A program made the position numbers and the translations under genes. From Thermoplasmatota archaeon (GTDB taxonomy: Archaea > Thermoplasmatota > E2 > UBA202 > DSCA01), in contig JAWOAW010000016.1 of the NCBI GenBank assembly GCA_046498345.1, positions 1 through 41,549 on the forward strand: 41,549 nucleotides of DNA, read 5' to 3'. Positions 8,674 to 17,418 of the stretch are shown piece after piece. The first letter of the stretch is position 1; the number at the start of each line of letters is the position of its first letter. Under the pieces are notes generated by a model. The model saw nothing but the letters and a program-made list of their open reading frames with translations, did no database searches and had not been told where the DNA came from.

Positions 8674-9207
8674 ATGGAACACATGTCCGTCGGCGACGCC
8701 CGGCTGGAGCTCACCGTCGGCGACATCACGCTGCAGGAAACCGACGCCGTGGTCAACGCGGCCAACAAGCGGCTGGCTCCTGGCGGCGGCGTAGCCGGCG
8801 CCATCCACCGGGCGGCCGGCCCCGAGCTCTGGGAGGAATGCAAGGAGCTGCAGGGGTGCCGGACCGGCGAAGCGAAGATAACCCGGGGCTACCATCTGCC
8901 CGCCAGCTATGTCATCCACACCGTGGGGCCCGTCTACTCGGGACGGCGCCGGGACGCGGAGCTGCTGGAGGCATGCTACCATAACGCGCTGCAGCTCGCC
9001 CGGGAGTACGCCCTGGCCAGCATATCGTTTCCGGCGTTGAGCACCGGCGCCTTCGGCTACCCGCTGGAAAAAGCTGCCCGGGTGGCGCTGCCCGCCGTGA
9101 TAGGCTGGCTGGAGGACAATGACGGGGTTGAGCTGGTGCGCTTTGTCCTGTACGACCGGGAGGCCCACGACGTGCACCTGGAGGTATTGCAGTCGCTGAA
9201 AAGATAG
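8674..9207 (+). CDS. Macro-domain protein (O-acetyl-ADP-ribose deacetylase / ADP-ribosyl hydrolase, YmdB-like)
   Basis: GDIT, DAVVNAAN, GGGVAGAIHRAAG, VIHTVGP, FPALSTGAFGYP. Confidence 0.95.
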   Translation: MEHMSVGDARLELTVGDITLQETDAVVNAANKRLAPGGGVAGAIHRAAGPELWEECKELQGCRTGEAKITRGYHLPASYVIHTVGPVYSGRRRDAELLEACYHNALQLAREYALASISFPALSTGAFGYPLEKAARVALPAVIGWLEDNDGVELVRFVLYDREAHDVHLEVLQSLKR

Positions 9208-9222
9208 AAAAAAGGGGGAAAG

Positions 9223-10068
9223 CTACTGCTGCAGGAGGCAGAGGTACCAGACCGGCATCTCGGCGCTGCCCACGTTGCCGCTGCCGTCCGTGGCTTCGAC
9301 GCGAAGCGTCATGGGGCCATATCCGCGTCCGAGGAGGCCCCATTCGTGGTAGCGGCTGCAGGGGCTCCATTCAGCGGTTGCCCGGGCCTCGCCGTCAAGG
9401 TACACGGTTACCTGTATGTCGTCGGATGCGTCGACGTTGTCGGTCACCAGGGCCTTGCCCATGTTGAACAGAAACGAGGCGGGGAGCATGGCGGGCATCG
9501 ACGCGGGGAGCTCCATGACCGGCTTGCCGCCGAGGTGCAGGTAGCCCTCCCGGGGGTTGACGATGGTCACGGTGGGCGGCGTGGTGTCATCCAGCGACGC
9601 CGCGGCCTTCTGAGCGCTGCGGGGCTCCGTGTGCAGGGTGCTTTCCCGGGCCTTTGCCCTGGGCATGGATACCTGGAGGCGTCCCCAATCGCTCCATTCG
9701 CCGAGGACGTCGCGCACCCTGGCCTCGATGGTGTAGTCGCCGCGCTGCGTCCAGCGGTGGGTGACGTTGAGCGTGGTCCCCGAGGCCCAGTAGGGCTCCG
9801 TGCATCCGCAGTTCAGGATTTCTTCTTTGTCGTCGCCGAAGTAGATCTCAAGGCGTTCCATACGGTCGCCGTCGGGGTCGGTGAGCGTAAACTGGTAGGT
9901 ATATGTCTCCCATATTTTGCCCTCGCTCGGCCCCGATATGTCCGGCGGGTTCGGGGGCGTGTTGTCGCCCAGCGACGAGAACGGGGCGGCATGCTGCAGC
10001 GGGAGCAGCATGGCCAGCATGGCCATGGCTACGCCGACGGCAACAAGCGGTGTGCGCATATTTTTCAT
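9223..10068 (-). CDS. Secreted protein with a PKD-like domain and a C-terminal Ig-like domain
   Basis: Signal peptide, PPNPPDISGP...DPDGD...THRW...GDYTIEARVRD, then DTTPPTVTI...ATDGSGN. Start uncertain (10068 or 10059). Confidence 0.75.
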   Translation of the reverse strand: MKNMRTPLVAVGVAMAMLAMLLPLQHAAPFSSLGDNTPPNPPDISGPSEGKIWETYTYQFTLTDPDGDRMERLEIYFGDDKEEILNCGCTEPYWASGTTLNVTHRWTQRGDYTIEARVRDVLGEWSDWGRLQVSMPRAKARESTLHTEPRSAQKAAASLDDTTPPTVTIVNPREGYLHLGGKPVMELPASMPAMLPASFLFNMGKALVTDNVDASDDIQVTVYLDGEARATAEWSPCSRYHEWGLLGRGYGPMTLRVEATDGSGNVGSAEMPVWYLCLLQQ

Positions 10069-10183
10069 TGTATCACATGCTAACAACACATCCCATTATT
10101 TAAAATTAACTATTGTTAACGGGCAGTAACAGCGAGGTTACCTCCAGCCAAACATCTTTTAATAGCTGCCGGTATTTCACCCG

Positions 10184-10705
10184 ATGAACAGGGCGGTTGA
10201 CCCCGAGGAGCTGCGCACCATAGCCCGGCTGAAGGACGGCAGCGTCATCCTGCTCCGGCCCATCACCCGGGAGGACGAGGAGCTCATGCTGGAACTGTAC
10301 AACAGCTTCTCCCCGGAGACCAAGAAGCGGCGGTGGTTCCGGGCCAGGACCTACATGCCCCGCCGGGAGCTCCGCTCCTATCTCGACAACGACTACATGC
10401 GAGATGTCGCGGTGCTGGCGGTCTGGGAGGACTACGACGGCGAGATACCCCTGGGCGTCGGCCGGTACACCCTGCAGGACGACGAGGCCGAGGTGGCCGT
10501 GGTGGTCAGAGACGACTGGCAGGGCCGCGGCGTGGGCACCGCGCTGCTGGAACATCTCGCGCACGTGGCGAGACGGCATGGCATCACGGCGCTGACCGCC
10601 GAGGTCACCGCCGGCAACATGGCGATGCTGCATCTGTTCGACCGGCTTGGCTTCGAGGTCGAGGAAGAGCAGGGCGGGCTGGTGCACCTGCGGCGCCGGC
10701 TGTAA
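10184..10705 (+). CDS. GNAT acetyltransferase, similar to the Pat-type protein lysine acetyltransferase domain
   Basis: LKDG...LRPI, GVGRY, AEVAVVVRDDWQGRGVGTALL (acetyl-CoA motif A), N.AML.LF..LGF. Confidence 0.9.
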   Translation: MNRAVDPEELRTIARLKDGSVILLRPITREDEELMLELYNSFSPETKKRRWFRARTYMPRRELRSYLDNDYMRDVAVLAVWEDYDGEIPLGVGRYTLQDDEAEVAVVVRDDWQGRGVGTALLEHLAHVARRHGITALTAEVTAGNMAMLHLFDRLGFEVEEEQGGLVHLRRRL

Positions 10706-10739
10706 CGGCGGATTTTTTAAACCGCAGCATATTACCCTC

Positions 10740-12026
10740 ATGGATTTCTGGGACGAACGGCATGAAACCATGCCCCTGGAGGAGTTAAAAAAGCTGCAGC
10801 TGAAACGGCTGCGGGACACCGTACAGCGGGCCTACACCGTCAACGGGCACTACCACGACAAGCTCAAAAACGCCGACGTCGCGCCGGACGACATCAAAAC
10901 CCTGGATGACCTCACCCGGCTGCCGTTTCTGACCAAGGCCGAGCTCCGCGACTACTACCCGTTTGGCCTGCTCTGCGTCGACCTCGACGACTGCGTCGAG
11001 GTGCACGCCTCGTCGGGCACCACCGGTAAGCCCGTCGTCGGGCCGTATACCGCATCGGACGTTGATCTATGGAGCGAGGTCATGGCCCGGTCGCTGTGGG
11101 CCAACGGGCTCCGCAAAGGCGACATCATGCAGAACGCCTACGGCTACGGATTGTTCACCGGCGCCCACGGCTTCGAAAAAGGCGCGCAGCGCATCGGCGC
11201 CATGGTGGTCCCCACCAGCTCGGGGAACACCCGGCGGCAGATAACGCTGATGAAGGATTTCGGTGCCACGGCCATCGCGTGCACCCCCTCGTATTCGCTG
11301 TTCATGGCCGAGGTGGCCGCGGACATGGGCTACGAGCCCCGCGAGGACTTCCAGCTCCGCCTCGGGCTGTTCGGGGCCGAGGCGTGGAGCGACGAGATGC
11401 GCAAAAAAATCGAGGGAAAATGGGGCATCCGGGCGCACGAGCACTACGGGCTCACGGAGATCATCGGACCCGGCGTGGTCACCGAATGCCGGGAGCAGCG
11501 CATGCATGTCAACGCCGACCATTTCCTCACGGAGATCATCGACCCCAAGACAGGTGAGCAGCTCCCGCCCGATAACGAGGGCGAGCTGGTGTTCACCACC
11601 ATCACCAAGGAGGGCTTCCCCGCTCTGCGCTTCCGCACCGGCGACATCGCCGAGTATACGGAGGAGCCCTGCGAGTGCGGGCGGACGCTGCCCGTCATCT
11701 CTCGGATAAAGGGGCGGAGCGACGACATGATGAAGATCAAGGGGGTCATCGTGTTCCCCTCCCAGCTGGAGGAGGTCATGATGCAGCAGCCCGGGGCCAG
11801 CGGCCACTATCAGCTCATCAAAAAAGAAAAACGGGGGCTGACCACGCTGTCCATCCGGATAGAGCCCACCCGGGAGCGCTACCGCCAGGGCAACCTCGAC
11901 GACCTGGCCGAGCGGATAGAGGAGGACATCTACGCCGTGTTGAACCTGCACATTCCGGTCGAGGTTGTCGAGCCGGAGACCATTCCCCGGAGCATGGGCA
12001 AAGCCCAGCGGGTCGTCGAGGAATAG
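10740..12026 (+). CDS. paaK: Phenylacetate--CoA ligase family protein
   Basis: HASSGTTGKP, YGYGLFTG, YGLTEIIGPGV, RFRTGD, GRSDDM, PRSMGKAQRV. True ATG at 10740. Confidence 0.92.
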   Translation: MDFWDERHETMPLEELKKLQLKRLRDTVQRAYTVNGHYHDKLKNADVAPDDIKTLDDLTRLPFLTKAELRDYYPFGLLCVDLDDCVEVHASSGTTGKPVVGPYTASDVDLWSEVMARSLWANGLRKGDIMQNAYGYGLFTGAHGFEKGAQRIGAMVVPTSSGNTRRQITLMKDFGATAIACTPSYSLFMAEVAADMGYEPREDFQLRLGLFGAEAWSDEMRKKIEGKWGIRAHEHYGLTEIIGPGVVTECREQRMHVNADHFLTEIIDPKTGEQLPPDNEGELVFTTITKEGFPALRFRTGDIAEYTEEPCECGRTLPVISRIKGRSDDMMKIKGVIVFPSQLEEVMMQQPGASGHYQLIKKEKRGLTTLSIRIEPTRERYRQGNLDDLAERIEEDIYAVLNLHIPVEVVEPETIPRSMGKAQRVVEE

Positions 12027-12027
12027 G

Positions 12028-13068
12028 CTACCCGAACACCCGGGACATCACGTAGAGGAGCACCACGAACAATGGCAGCGAGAACAGGGTCGACCAGGTC
12101 ACCGACAGCGCCGTCACCTTTCTGTTGATGCCATAGGGGACCAGGAACATGTTGGTGCTGGTGATGGGCAGCACCGCGTTGAGCAGCAGCACCGCGAACC
12201 AGGCCGCCGGCAGCAGGCCGAGCATCCACAGCGAGCCGAACAGCACCGCGACGACGACCGGGGTTATCACCATGGTGAGCACCAGGAGCATGCGTACCTT
12301 GGCCAGCTCTCCGGTATGGCCGAAGAACAGCTGCCTGAGCTTGTCCGGGGTAACATCCGCCAGCTTGATGCCGGAGCCCACGTAGTACAATGCGGCAGGA
12401 ATGGTCAACGCTGCAGCGAAATCGAGGAGCACGCCCCATTCATAGGTGGCGGTGGTGACCCCGGTCTGCGCATGTATAACGGTCGCCGCTATGGGGAAAG
12501 CCGCCAGGTACCAGGGGAACACCCGTAAAAACCGGGGCAGCGGATTCTTTGTCTCGCAGGCGGCGGCCTCCCGGCCGTGGAGACGCGCCAGCAGGTAGGG
12601 AACGATGGCGAACAGGTAGATGCCGAGCAGGGTGATGTAGATGGCGGCGGGGATGCGCAGCCCGTCGATGGCCAGGATGGCGCTCCCGAAGAAGGCGGCG
12701 CTTCGTCCCTGGTTGACGATAACGGTTTTGAGGAAGTGTACCCGCTCGCTGCTGCTGTCGGTAAACCGGGGGGCCTGCCGCCGGGCGTATATGTATGCCA
12801 GGAGGTACAGGAAGGCCATGAAGGCGAGGGCGAGCAGCGCGAAGTCGAGCTCCTGCGCCCGGAAGTCGATGTTCAAAAACAGCTTGAACAGCAGGATGGG
12901 GATGAACACGAAGAGCAGTACCAGCCCGATTTTTTTCATGGCCGCCGTGACGCGTGTTTCGCCGAACAGGCGGCTGAGGAGCAGGTTGCCGATGAAGCCG
13001 ACGGCTATCCAGGGCAGGGTGTACAGCCCGCTGATGTAGGGGGTGATTGCTTGGAGGATATCAAAAAT
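12028..13068 (-). CDS. AEC (auxin efflux carrier)-like membrane transporter
   Basis: About 10 hydrophobic helices, with FIPILLF and a C-terminal VTWSTLFSLP pattern. Start possibly ATT at 13068 after an AGGAGG SD. Confidence 0.65.
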   Translation of the reverse strand: MFDILQAITPYISGLYTLPWIAVGFIGNLLLSRLFGETRVTAAMKKIGLVLLFVFIPILLFKLFLNIDFRAQELDFALLALAFMAFLYLLAYIYARRQAPRFTDSSSERVHFLKTVIVNQGRSAAFFGSAILAIDGLRIPAAIYITLLGIYLFAIVPYLLARLHGREAAACETKNPLPRFLRVFPWYLAAFPIAATVIHAQTGVTTATYEWGVLLDFAAALTIPAALYYVGSGIKLADVTPDKLRQLFFGHTGELAKVRMLLVLTMVITPVVVAVLFGSLWMLGLLPAAWFAVLLLNAVLPITSTNMFLVPYGINRKVTALSVTWSTLFSLPLFVVLLYVMSRVFG

Positions 13069-13123
13069 GGTTTCCCTCCTGTCTGGTAAGGCCGGAGGTC
13101 TTAAAAGCGTTGCGCCTTCGCCG

Positions 13124-13549
13124 CTACCGTTCAAGCGTCGCCTGGGTCGCGCTGTCATCGATCAGATGGACGACCCGCCATCCGTCCGCGGTGAGCCGCT
13201 GGGCGATGTATCGGCGGTGGCACCGCTGCGGCAGCCGCTCGGCGCACATGAACGCCGTGGTCCTCTGCCAGGCCAGGGCGACGAGTTGCCGGTACGCCTG
13301 CTGCCAGGCTCTGGTCTGCATCCATGTTCTGTAGCCCCTGGGGCGGAATGCGCCCAGCGGCTCCAGATGGACGTAGCCGATGCCGTGCTCGCGCAGGAGG
13401 GAGACGATCCCTTCCCGGCTGAAACGTTCGAAGCGTGAGGTAGGCCACCGGCGGACATCGGCCACCAGGTCCACGTGGTGGCGCTGCAGCAGGGATATGA
13501 AGCCGCTGCTGCTCCGACTGGAATGGCCGACGGAGTAGACGACGTCCAT
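13124..13549 (-). CDS. DUF488 family protein
   Basis: YSVGHS, LVADVRRWP.S, GIGYVHL..LG, MCAE...CHR..IA. Confidence 0.9.
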   Translation of the reverse strand: MDVVYSVGHSSRSSSGFISLLQRHHVDLVADVRRWPTSRFERFSREGIVSLLREHGIGYVHLEPLGAFRPRGYRTWMQTRAWQQAYRQLVALAWQRTTAFMCAERLPQRCHRRYIAQRLTADGWRVVHLIDDSATQATLER

Positions 13550-13603
13550 GGGGTACAGCCTGCGCCGGTTGAAAATATTTATGTATACAGCGTGTTTACC
13601 TCC

Positions 13604-13978
13604 ATGGAGCAGGAGCTGTCCGAGTTCCCGGGCCTGTACATCGGCATGGGCGACATCGTGGAGGACGAGGAAAAAGTCGCGGAGTGCATCTTCAACCTCG
13701 AAGTCATGCTGGAGGGACCCGGCAAAATCGGCGCTGAGGGTTCCTTCGTCGAGGTGACCGACGGCGACCTCAACCTGGAAGAGCGGCGGGAACTATTTTT
13801 CACGCTGCAATGCGTCATCAGCCGGGACCACGAGTACTATGTCACCGAGTTTCCCTGCTTCACCAATACCTCGCTCTGGCCGAAGTTCATGATACCGAAG
13901 CCGATGCAGATAGTCGAAAACATCAGCGAGACAGGCGAGGCCCCCGAGGCGGAGGAAAGCGACGAATACGACGAGTAA
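13604..13978 (+). CDS. Acidic hypothetical protein (124 aa)
   Basis: Host-like codon usage, ATG about 25 nt after a TATA-like ATTTATGT. No family recognised. Confidence 0.75.
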   Translation: MEQELSEFPGLYIGMGDIVEDEEKVAECIFNLEVMLEGPGKIGAEGSFVEVTDGDLNLEERRELFFTLQCVISRDHEYYVTEFPCFTNTSLWPKFMIPKPMQIVENISETGEAPEAEESDEYDE

Positions 13979-14015
13979 AACATGTCGTTTTATCCGAACA
14001 TCCCACACAGCGTGC

Positions 14016-14145
14016 ACCGGGGCAATACGCCTCCCGAGGCATAACCGGCCAGTAAACGGGGAATGAAAGACCGTCCAACGGGAAACCACCGTCTCGAAAC
14101 TCTGCCTACCACCTGAAGATTCCCCCGAGCTACAGCAGGTTTTTA
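14016..14145. ncRNA. Candidate structured ncRNA in a convergent intergenic region
   Basis: Helices CCGG/CCGG, GCCT/AGGC, GGGGAAT(14058-64)/ATTCCCC(14119-25) and CCGT/ACGG. TATA-like TTTTATCC at 13988 and a T-run at about 14140. Confidence 0.35.
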
Positions 14146-14157
14146 GGCGATTCTTTT

Positions 14158-15096
14158 TTACTTTTCCCGGTTGACCCAGAACTCGGGCGTCTCGCCGTCG
14201 AGCGCCAGGAGCATCTGCTCGGCGCAGACCGTCCCCGCGCGTATCTGCCCTTCCCTTGTTGCAGCGCCGAGATGCGGAGTCATCACCATGTTGTCCAGCT
14301 CCGCCAGCCTGGTCTCCCCGGGCGGCTCGTTTTCGTAGACGTCCAATGCGGCGCCGGCGATGTCGCCGTTTTTCAGCGCCTCATACAATGCGTCCTCGTC
14401 GACCACGCCGCCCCGGGCACAGTTTACCAGGCAGGCGGTGTCCTTCATGGCCTGCAACGCCGCAGCATCGATAATATGGTGGGTCGACTCGACGTGGGGC
14501 ACGTGAAGTGACACATAGTCGGCTTCCCCGAGCACCCCGTCGAGATCCATTTTCCCGATGCCCGCGTCCGCCAGGTCCTCCTCGCAGATGTAGGGATCGT
14601 AGCCGACGACGGTCATGCCCAGCGCCTGCGCGTACTCCGCGACGAGGCTGCCGATGTTGCCGCAGCCCACCAGGCCGAGCGTTTTGCCCTTGAGCTCCGT
14701 GCCCTTCAGCTGTTTTTTCGCCCATTCGCCGGCCTTCATCGTCCGGTCCGCCCGGGGCAGATGGCGGGCCAGGGCCAGCATGTGCGCGATGGTGAGCTCG
14801 GCCACCGAGGGCGTGGCCCCGGTCGGCGAGTTGACGACCTTGACGTCTCTTTCGCTGGCGGCCTCGAGGTCGATGTTGTCGACGCCGATGCCCGCCCGCC
14901 CGATGACCATGAGATTGTCGGCGGCCTCTATGACCTCGCGCGTGACCTGGGTGCCGCTGCGCACCATCAGGCCATGGTAGGGGCCGATTTCGGCGGCCAG
15001 CTCGCTGCCCGTCAGGTTGTCGAACGCCACCTCGTGCTTTTCACGGAGCATGTCCATGGCTTCATCTGCAACCGGGTCTGTCACCAATATTTTCAT
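14158..15096 (-). CDS. serA: D-3-phosphoglycerate dehydrogenase / D-2-hydroxyacid dehydrogenase (short form without ACT domain)
   Basis: MKILVTDP, IGRAGIGVDNID, VAELT, GCGNIG, NCARGGVVDE, LDVYENEP, TPHLGAAT. Confidence 0.88.
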   Translation of the reverse strand: MKILVTDPVADEAMDMLREKHEVAFDNLTGSELAAEIGPYHGLMVRSGTQVTREVIEAADNLMVIGRAGIGVDNIDLEAASERDVKVVNSPTGATPSVAELTIAHMLALARHLPRADRTMKAGEWAKKQLKGTELKGKTLGLVGCGNIGSLVAEYAQALGMTVVGYDPYICEEDLADAGIGKMDLDGVLGEADYVSLHVPHVESTHHIIDAAALQAMKDTACLVNCARGGVVDEDALYEALKNGDIAGAALDVYENEPPGETRLAELDNMVMTPHLGAATREGQIRAGTVCAEQMLLALDGETPEFWVNREK

Positions 15097-15139
15097 GATA
15101 TCGGGTGTAAATACGCAGACGGGATAAAAAGCTTCTGCC

Positions 15140-15898
15140 CTACAGCCGGAGCGACGCCACGCTTCCCAGATGGGTGCCGTCCAGCAGGTACACCCGGGCG
15201 GCGTCGACGTCGACGATGTTCTGCATGGGGCCCAGGATACCCTCGGTGTTGACCGCCATCCCGCCGGACAGCGGGTTGAACGCCGGCATGACCACCACCT
15301 CCATCTCCGGGTTGGCATCGGGATACCGCTTCAGCACCGCATCCTCCAGCAGGGGAGCGCGGAGCCAGCAGGGCTTGGAAACAGCGAAACCCAGTTCGTC
15401 TCTGAGGCGCACCGTGGGATGCACGTGCCCCATGACCAGCAGCTCGCACTGCATCACCTCGTCGGCGGGCCAGGCATGGCCGTGCGCGATGGCCACGTCG
15501 CCACGGCATATGCCCCCACTGCCATATACCGCCAGCGTCGGCGAGGCATACAGTCCGCCGTCGTGGTTGCCCTTCACCAGCTCCAGGTTTCGCTCTGACA
15601 GCGACTGCGTAAACGAGCGAAGGTCCCAGCGCTCCTGCCGCATCATCCGGGCATGCTCCGTTGAATCCCCGGAGGCGGCGATCATGTGTTTGAGGTCGCC
15701 GGCGATGAGCAGCGAAGAGGCATCGAGGTCTCTGCATAGCCCGCTGCACCGGGACGCCAGCATCGCGGTCTGCGAGGGAATGTTGGCCCCGGTGAGCGAC
15801 AGCTCGTACTCGATGCCGATGTGGAGGTCGGCGACGACGGCGGCGTCATCCCGGGGGAGGTGCAGCGCCCGCCGGTTGTAGAGAGGTGTCGCTTTCAT
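15140..15898 (-). CDS. Calcineurin-like metallophosphoesterase (archaeal ICC-like)
   Basis: ADLHIG, GDLKH, GNHD, HGH, GHVHP, MPAFN. Confidence 0.9.
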   Translation of the reverse strand: MKATPLYNRRALHLPRDDAAVVADLHIGIEYELSLTGANIPSQTAMLASRCSGLCRDLDASSLLIAGDLKHMIAASGDSTEHARMMRQERWDLRSFTQSLSERNLELVKGNHDGGLYASPTLAVYGSGGICRGDVAIAHGHAWPADEVMQCELLVMGHVHPTVRLRDELGFAVSKPCWLRAPLLEDAVLKRYPDANPEMEVVVMPAFNPLSGGMAVNTEGILGPMQNIVDVDAARVYLLDGTHLGSVASLRL

Positions 15899-15991
15899 GG
15901 AAGGTAGCGTCTCTCTAAAAACCGCCGGTATATAAGATGTCCCCTGGCGTGTCCGCTGCGGTCCGGTCGCTCCCGGCCATGACGTTTTAGG

Positions 15992-17359
15992 TTACAGTCC
16001 GAGCATGCTGCGGAGCAATGCGAGCACCGTAACATTCAGGAAAAACGGGATGTAGATGGCGCCGATGACCAGCAGCGACAGCAGCCCCACCGCCTTGGCG
16101 ATGCCGCCGCCAATGGTGTCATACCCGGTGAGCCGGAACGCCCCGGTCAACACAACCCGGATGGGCAGCGCGATCAGGGCCAGCCCGATGAACCAGGGAA
16201 CGAGCTCAAGGGGGGTCACCGCCCAGGCGGACAGCGACAGCGAGCCCGTGGACAGCGTCGTTATGGCGGCGTCGAGCATGCTTGTGCCAAACAGGTACCG
16301 TGTCTCGGCGTCCCACAGAAAAAACGTGACTATGATGGTGAGCACGTGCACGATGACCGCCAGCCAGTGGAAGCCCCGATCGTATGCCTCCTGCCCCGGG
16401 CGGTAGCGTCGCTGCAGCCAGGCGGTTACCAGCCAGACGCCGACGGCGAGCGGCCACAGCCCGAGCAGCCTGGTGGGAATGAACCATATCGCGGCGTCCG
16501 CCGGGCTGTACAGCGACCCGTCGAGGAGCAGCAGCCTCGCGTCTCCCCGGAGCGACACCTGTCGGCCGAGCGACGCATTCCACGTGCCCCTCCCCAGCGA
16601 CATGTTGTCGCATCGCTGCCGGTCTCCATCCACGGCTATCGTCGTACCGTTTTCCGGCAGGATGGCAACAACGCCGCCCAGCGACACGGGCAGCGGCGGC
16701 AGCTCCTCGCCCAGCATGTCGAGCAGCGTCCGATTGAAATCTGCGCCCGGCTCAACCGTCAGCTCAACGATGTCCCCGGTGGACACCACCCCGTAATCGG
16801 CTCTGGCCGTGGCGCTCGCGTCGCCCGTGAGATGCAGGTAAAAGGTGCCCTGGCCGGTCCACGACCCGTTGTCAACCGAGATAGCCGCATCATGCACGGT
16901 TATCATGGCACCGGGAGAAACAACGAGCGGTATCGATTCCGCGGCAAACGCCCAGGCGCCGCCATGGGAGCCGTTGAACACGACCACCCCAGGGGTGAGC
17001 ACAGCCGGGATATGCATCGTGCCGTTTACCGCGCCGTCGCCGCCCCGGACCACGATGTCAGGGTCGACAAACGTTTTCTGGGTACCGCCAGTCGTATCGA
17101 CGGTGACCTGTCCCGCGGCAGCGATATGCCAGGAACTGATGTTCCGCAGCCCTACGGAGCCCGTGATATCCCCGTCTATGCCGATGTCGCCGAGCAGCAG
17201 CGTGGTGTCGGTGCCGGTGTAGCGTACATGGTAGGATGGAGAGAGATGGAGCCCGCTGGGAAACGCACTGATAACGCCGATGCCGATGATAACGGCGGCT
17301 ACGGCGGTCACCAGCGTCATGTCTCTTTTCGAAAACATCTGTTTTCCGCTGTCTCTCAT
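15992..17359 (-). CDS. Hypothetical membrane protein: N-terminal anchor, beta-rich extracellular region, about 4 C-terminal TM helices
   Basis: Hydrophobicity pattern only. Start 17359 or 17338. Confidence 0.7.
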   Translation of the reverse strand: MRDSGKQMFSKRDMTLVTAVAAVIIGIGVISAFPSGLHLSPSYHVRYTGTDTTLLLGDIGIDGDITGSVGLRNISSWHIAAAGQVTVDTTGGTQKTFVDPDIVVRGGDGAVNGTMHIPAVLTPGVVVFNGSHGGAWAFAAESIPLVVSPGAMITVHDAAISVDNGSWTGQGTFYLHLTGDASATARADYGVVSTGDIVELTVEPGADFNRTLLDMLGEELPPLPVSLGGVVAILPENGTTIAVDGDRQRCDNMSLGRGTWNASLGRQVSLRGDARLLLLDGSLYSPADAAIWFIPTRLLGLWPLAVGVWLVTAWLQRRYRPGQEAYDRGFHWLAVIVHVLTIIVTFFLWDAETRYLFGTSMLDAAITTLSTGSLSLSAWAVTPLELVPWFIGLALIALPIRVVLTGAFRLTGYDTIGGGIAKAVGLLSLLVIGAIYIPFFLNVTVLALLRSMLGL

Positions 17360-17418
17360 CGCATCCCTCCCGGCTTATTTTGCCGTCGTTATAAAAAGTC
17401 TTCTCTTTTTTTGTCGCC

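Noticed and set aside
10647-10739. N-terminal extensions in the ORF track (paaK, also rpl14, serA, C25, DHH and the 13475 ORF)
   Set aside because: They overlap upstream genes or promoters. Downstream ATGs match the family N-termini and SD/TATA positions.
14060-14100. CRISPR-like repeat ends (GAATGAAAG, GGAAAC, CGAAAC)
   Set aside because: Spacing is only 14-17 nt, there is no repeated unit, and no cas genes are present.
14057-14127. Type II hammerhead ribozyme (GAAA-GAC...GTC-TC and CTGAAGA are present in the right order)
   Set aside because: Stem I cannot form (GAAACTCTGCCTACCAC has no self-pairing) and stem II is out of register by one base.
13979-14157. 5S rRNA, SRP RNA, RNase P RNA or tRNA
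   Set aside because: I could not find their conserved signature sequences on either strand.
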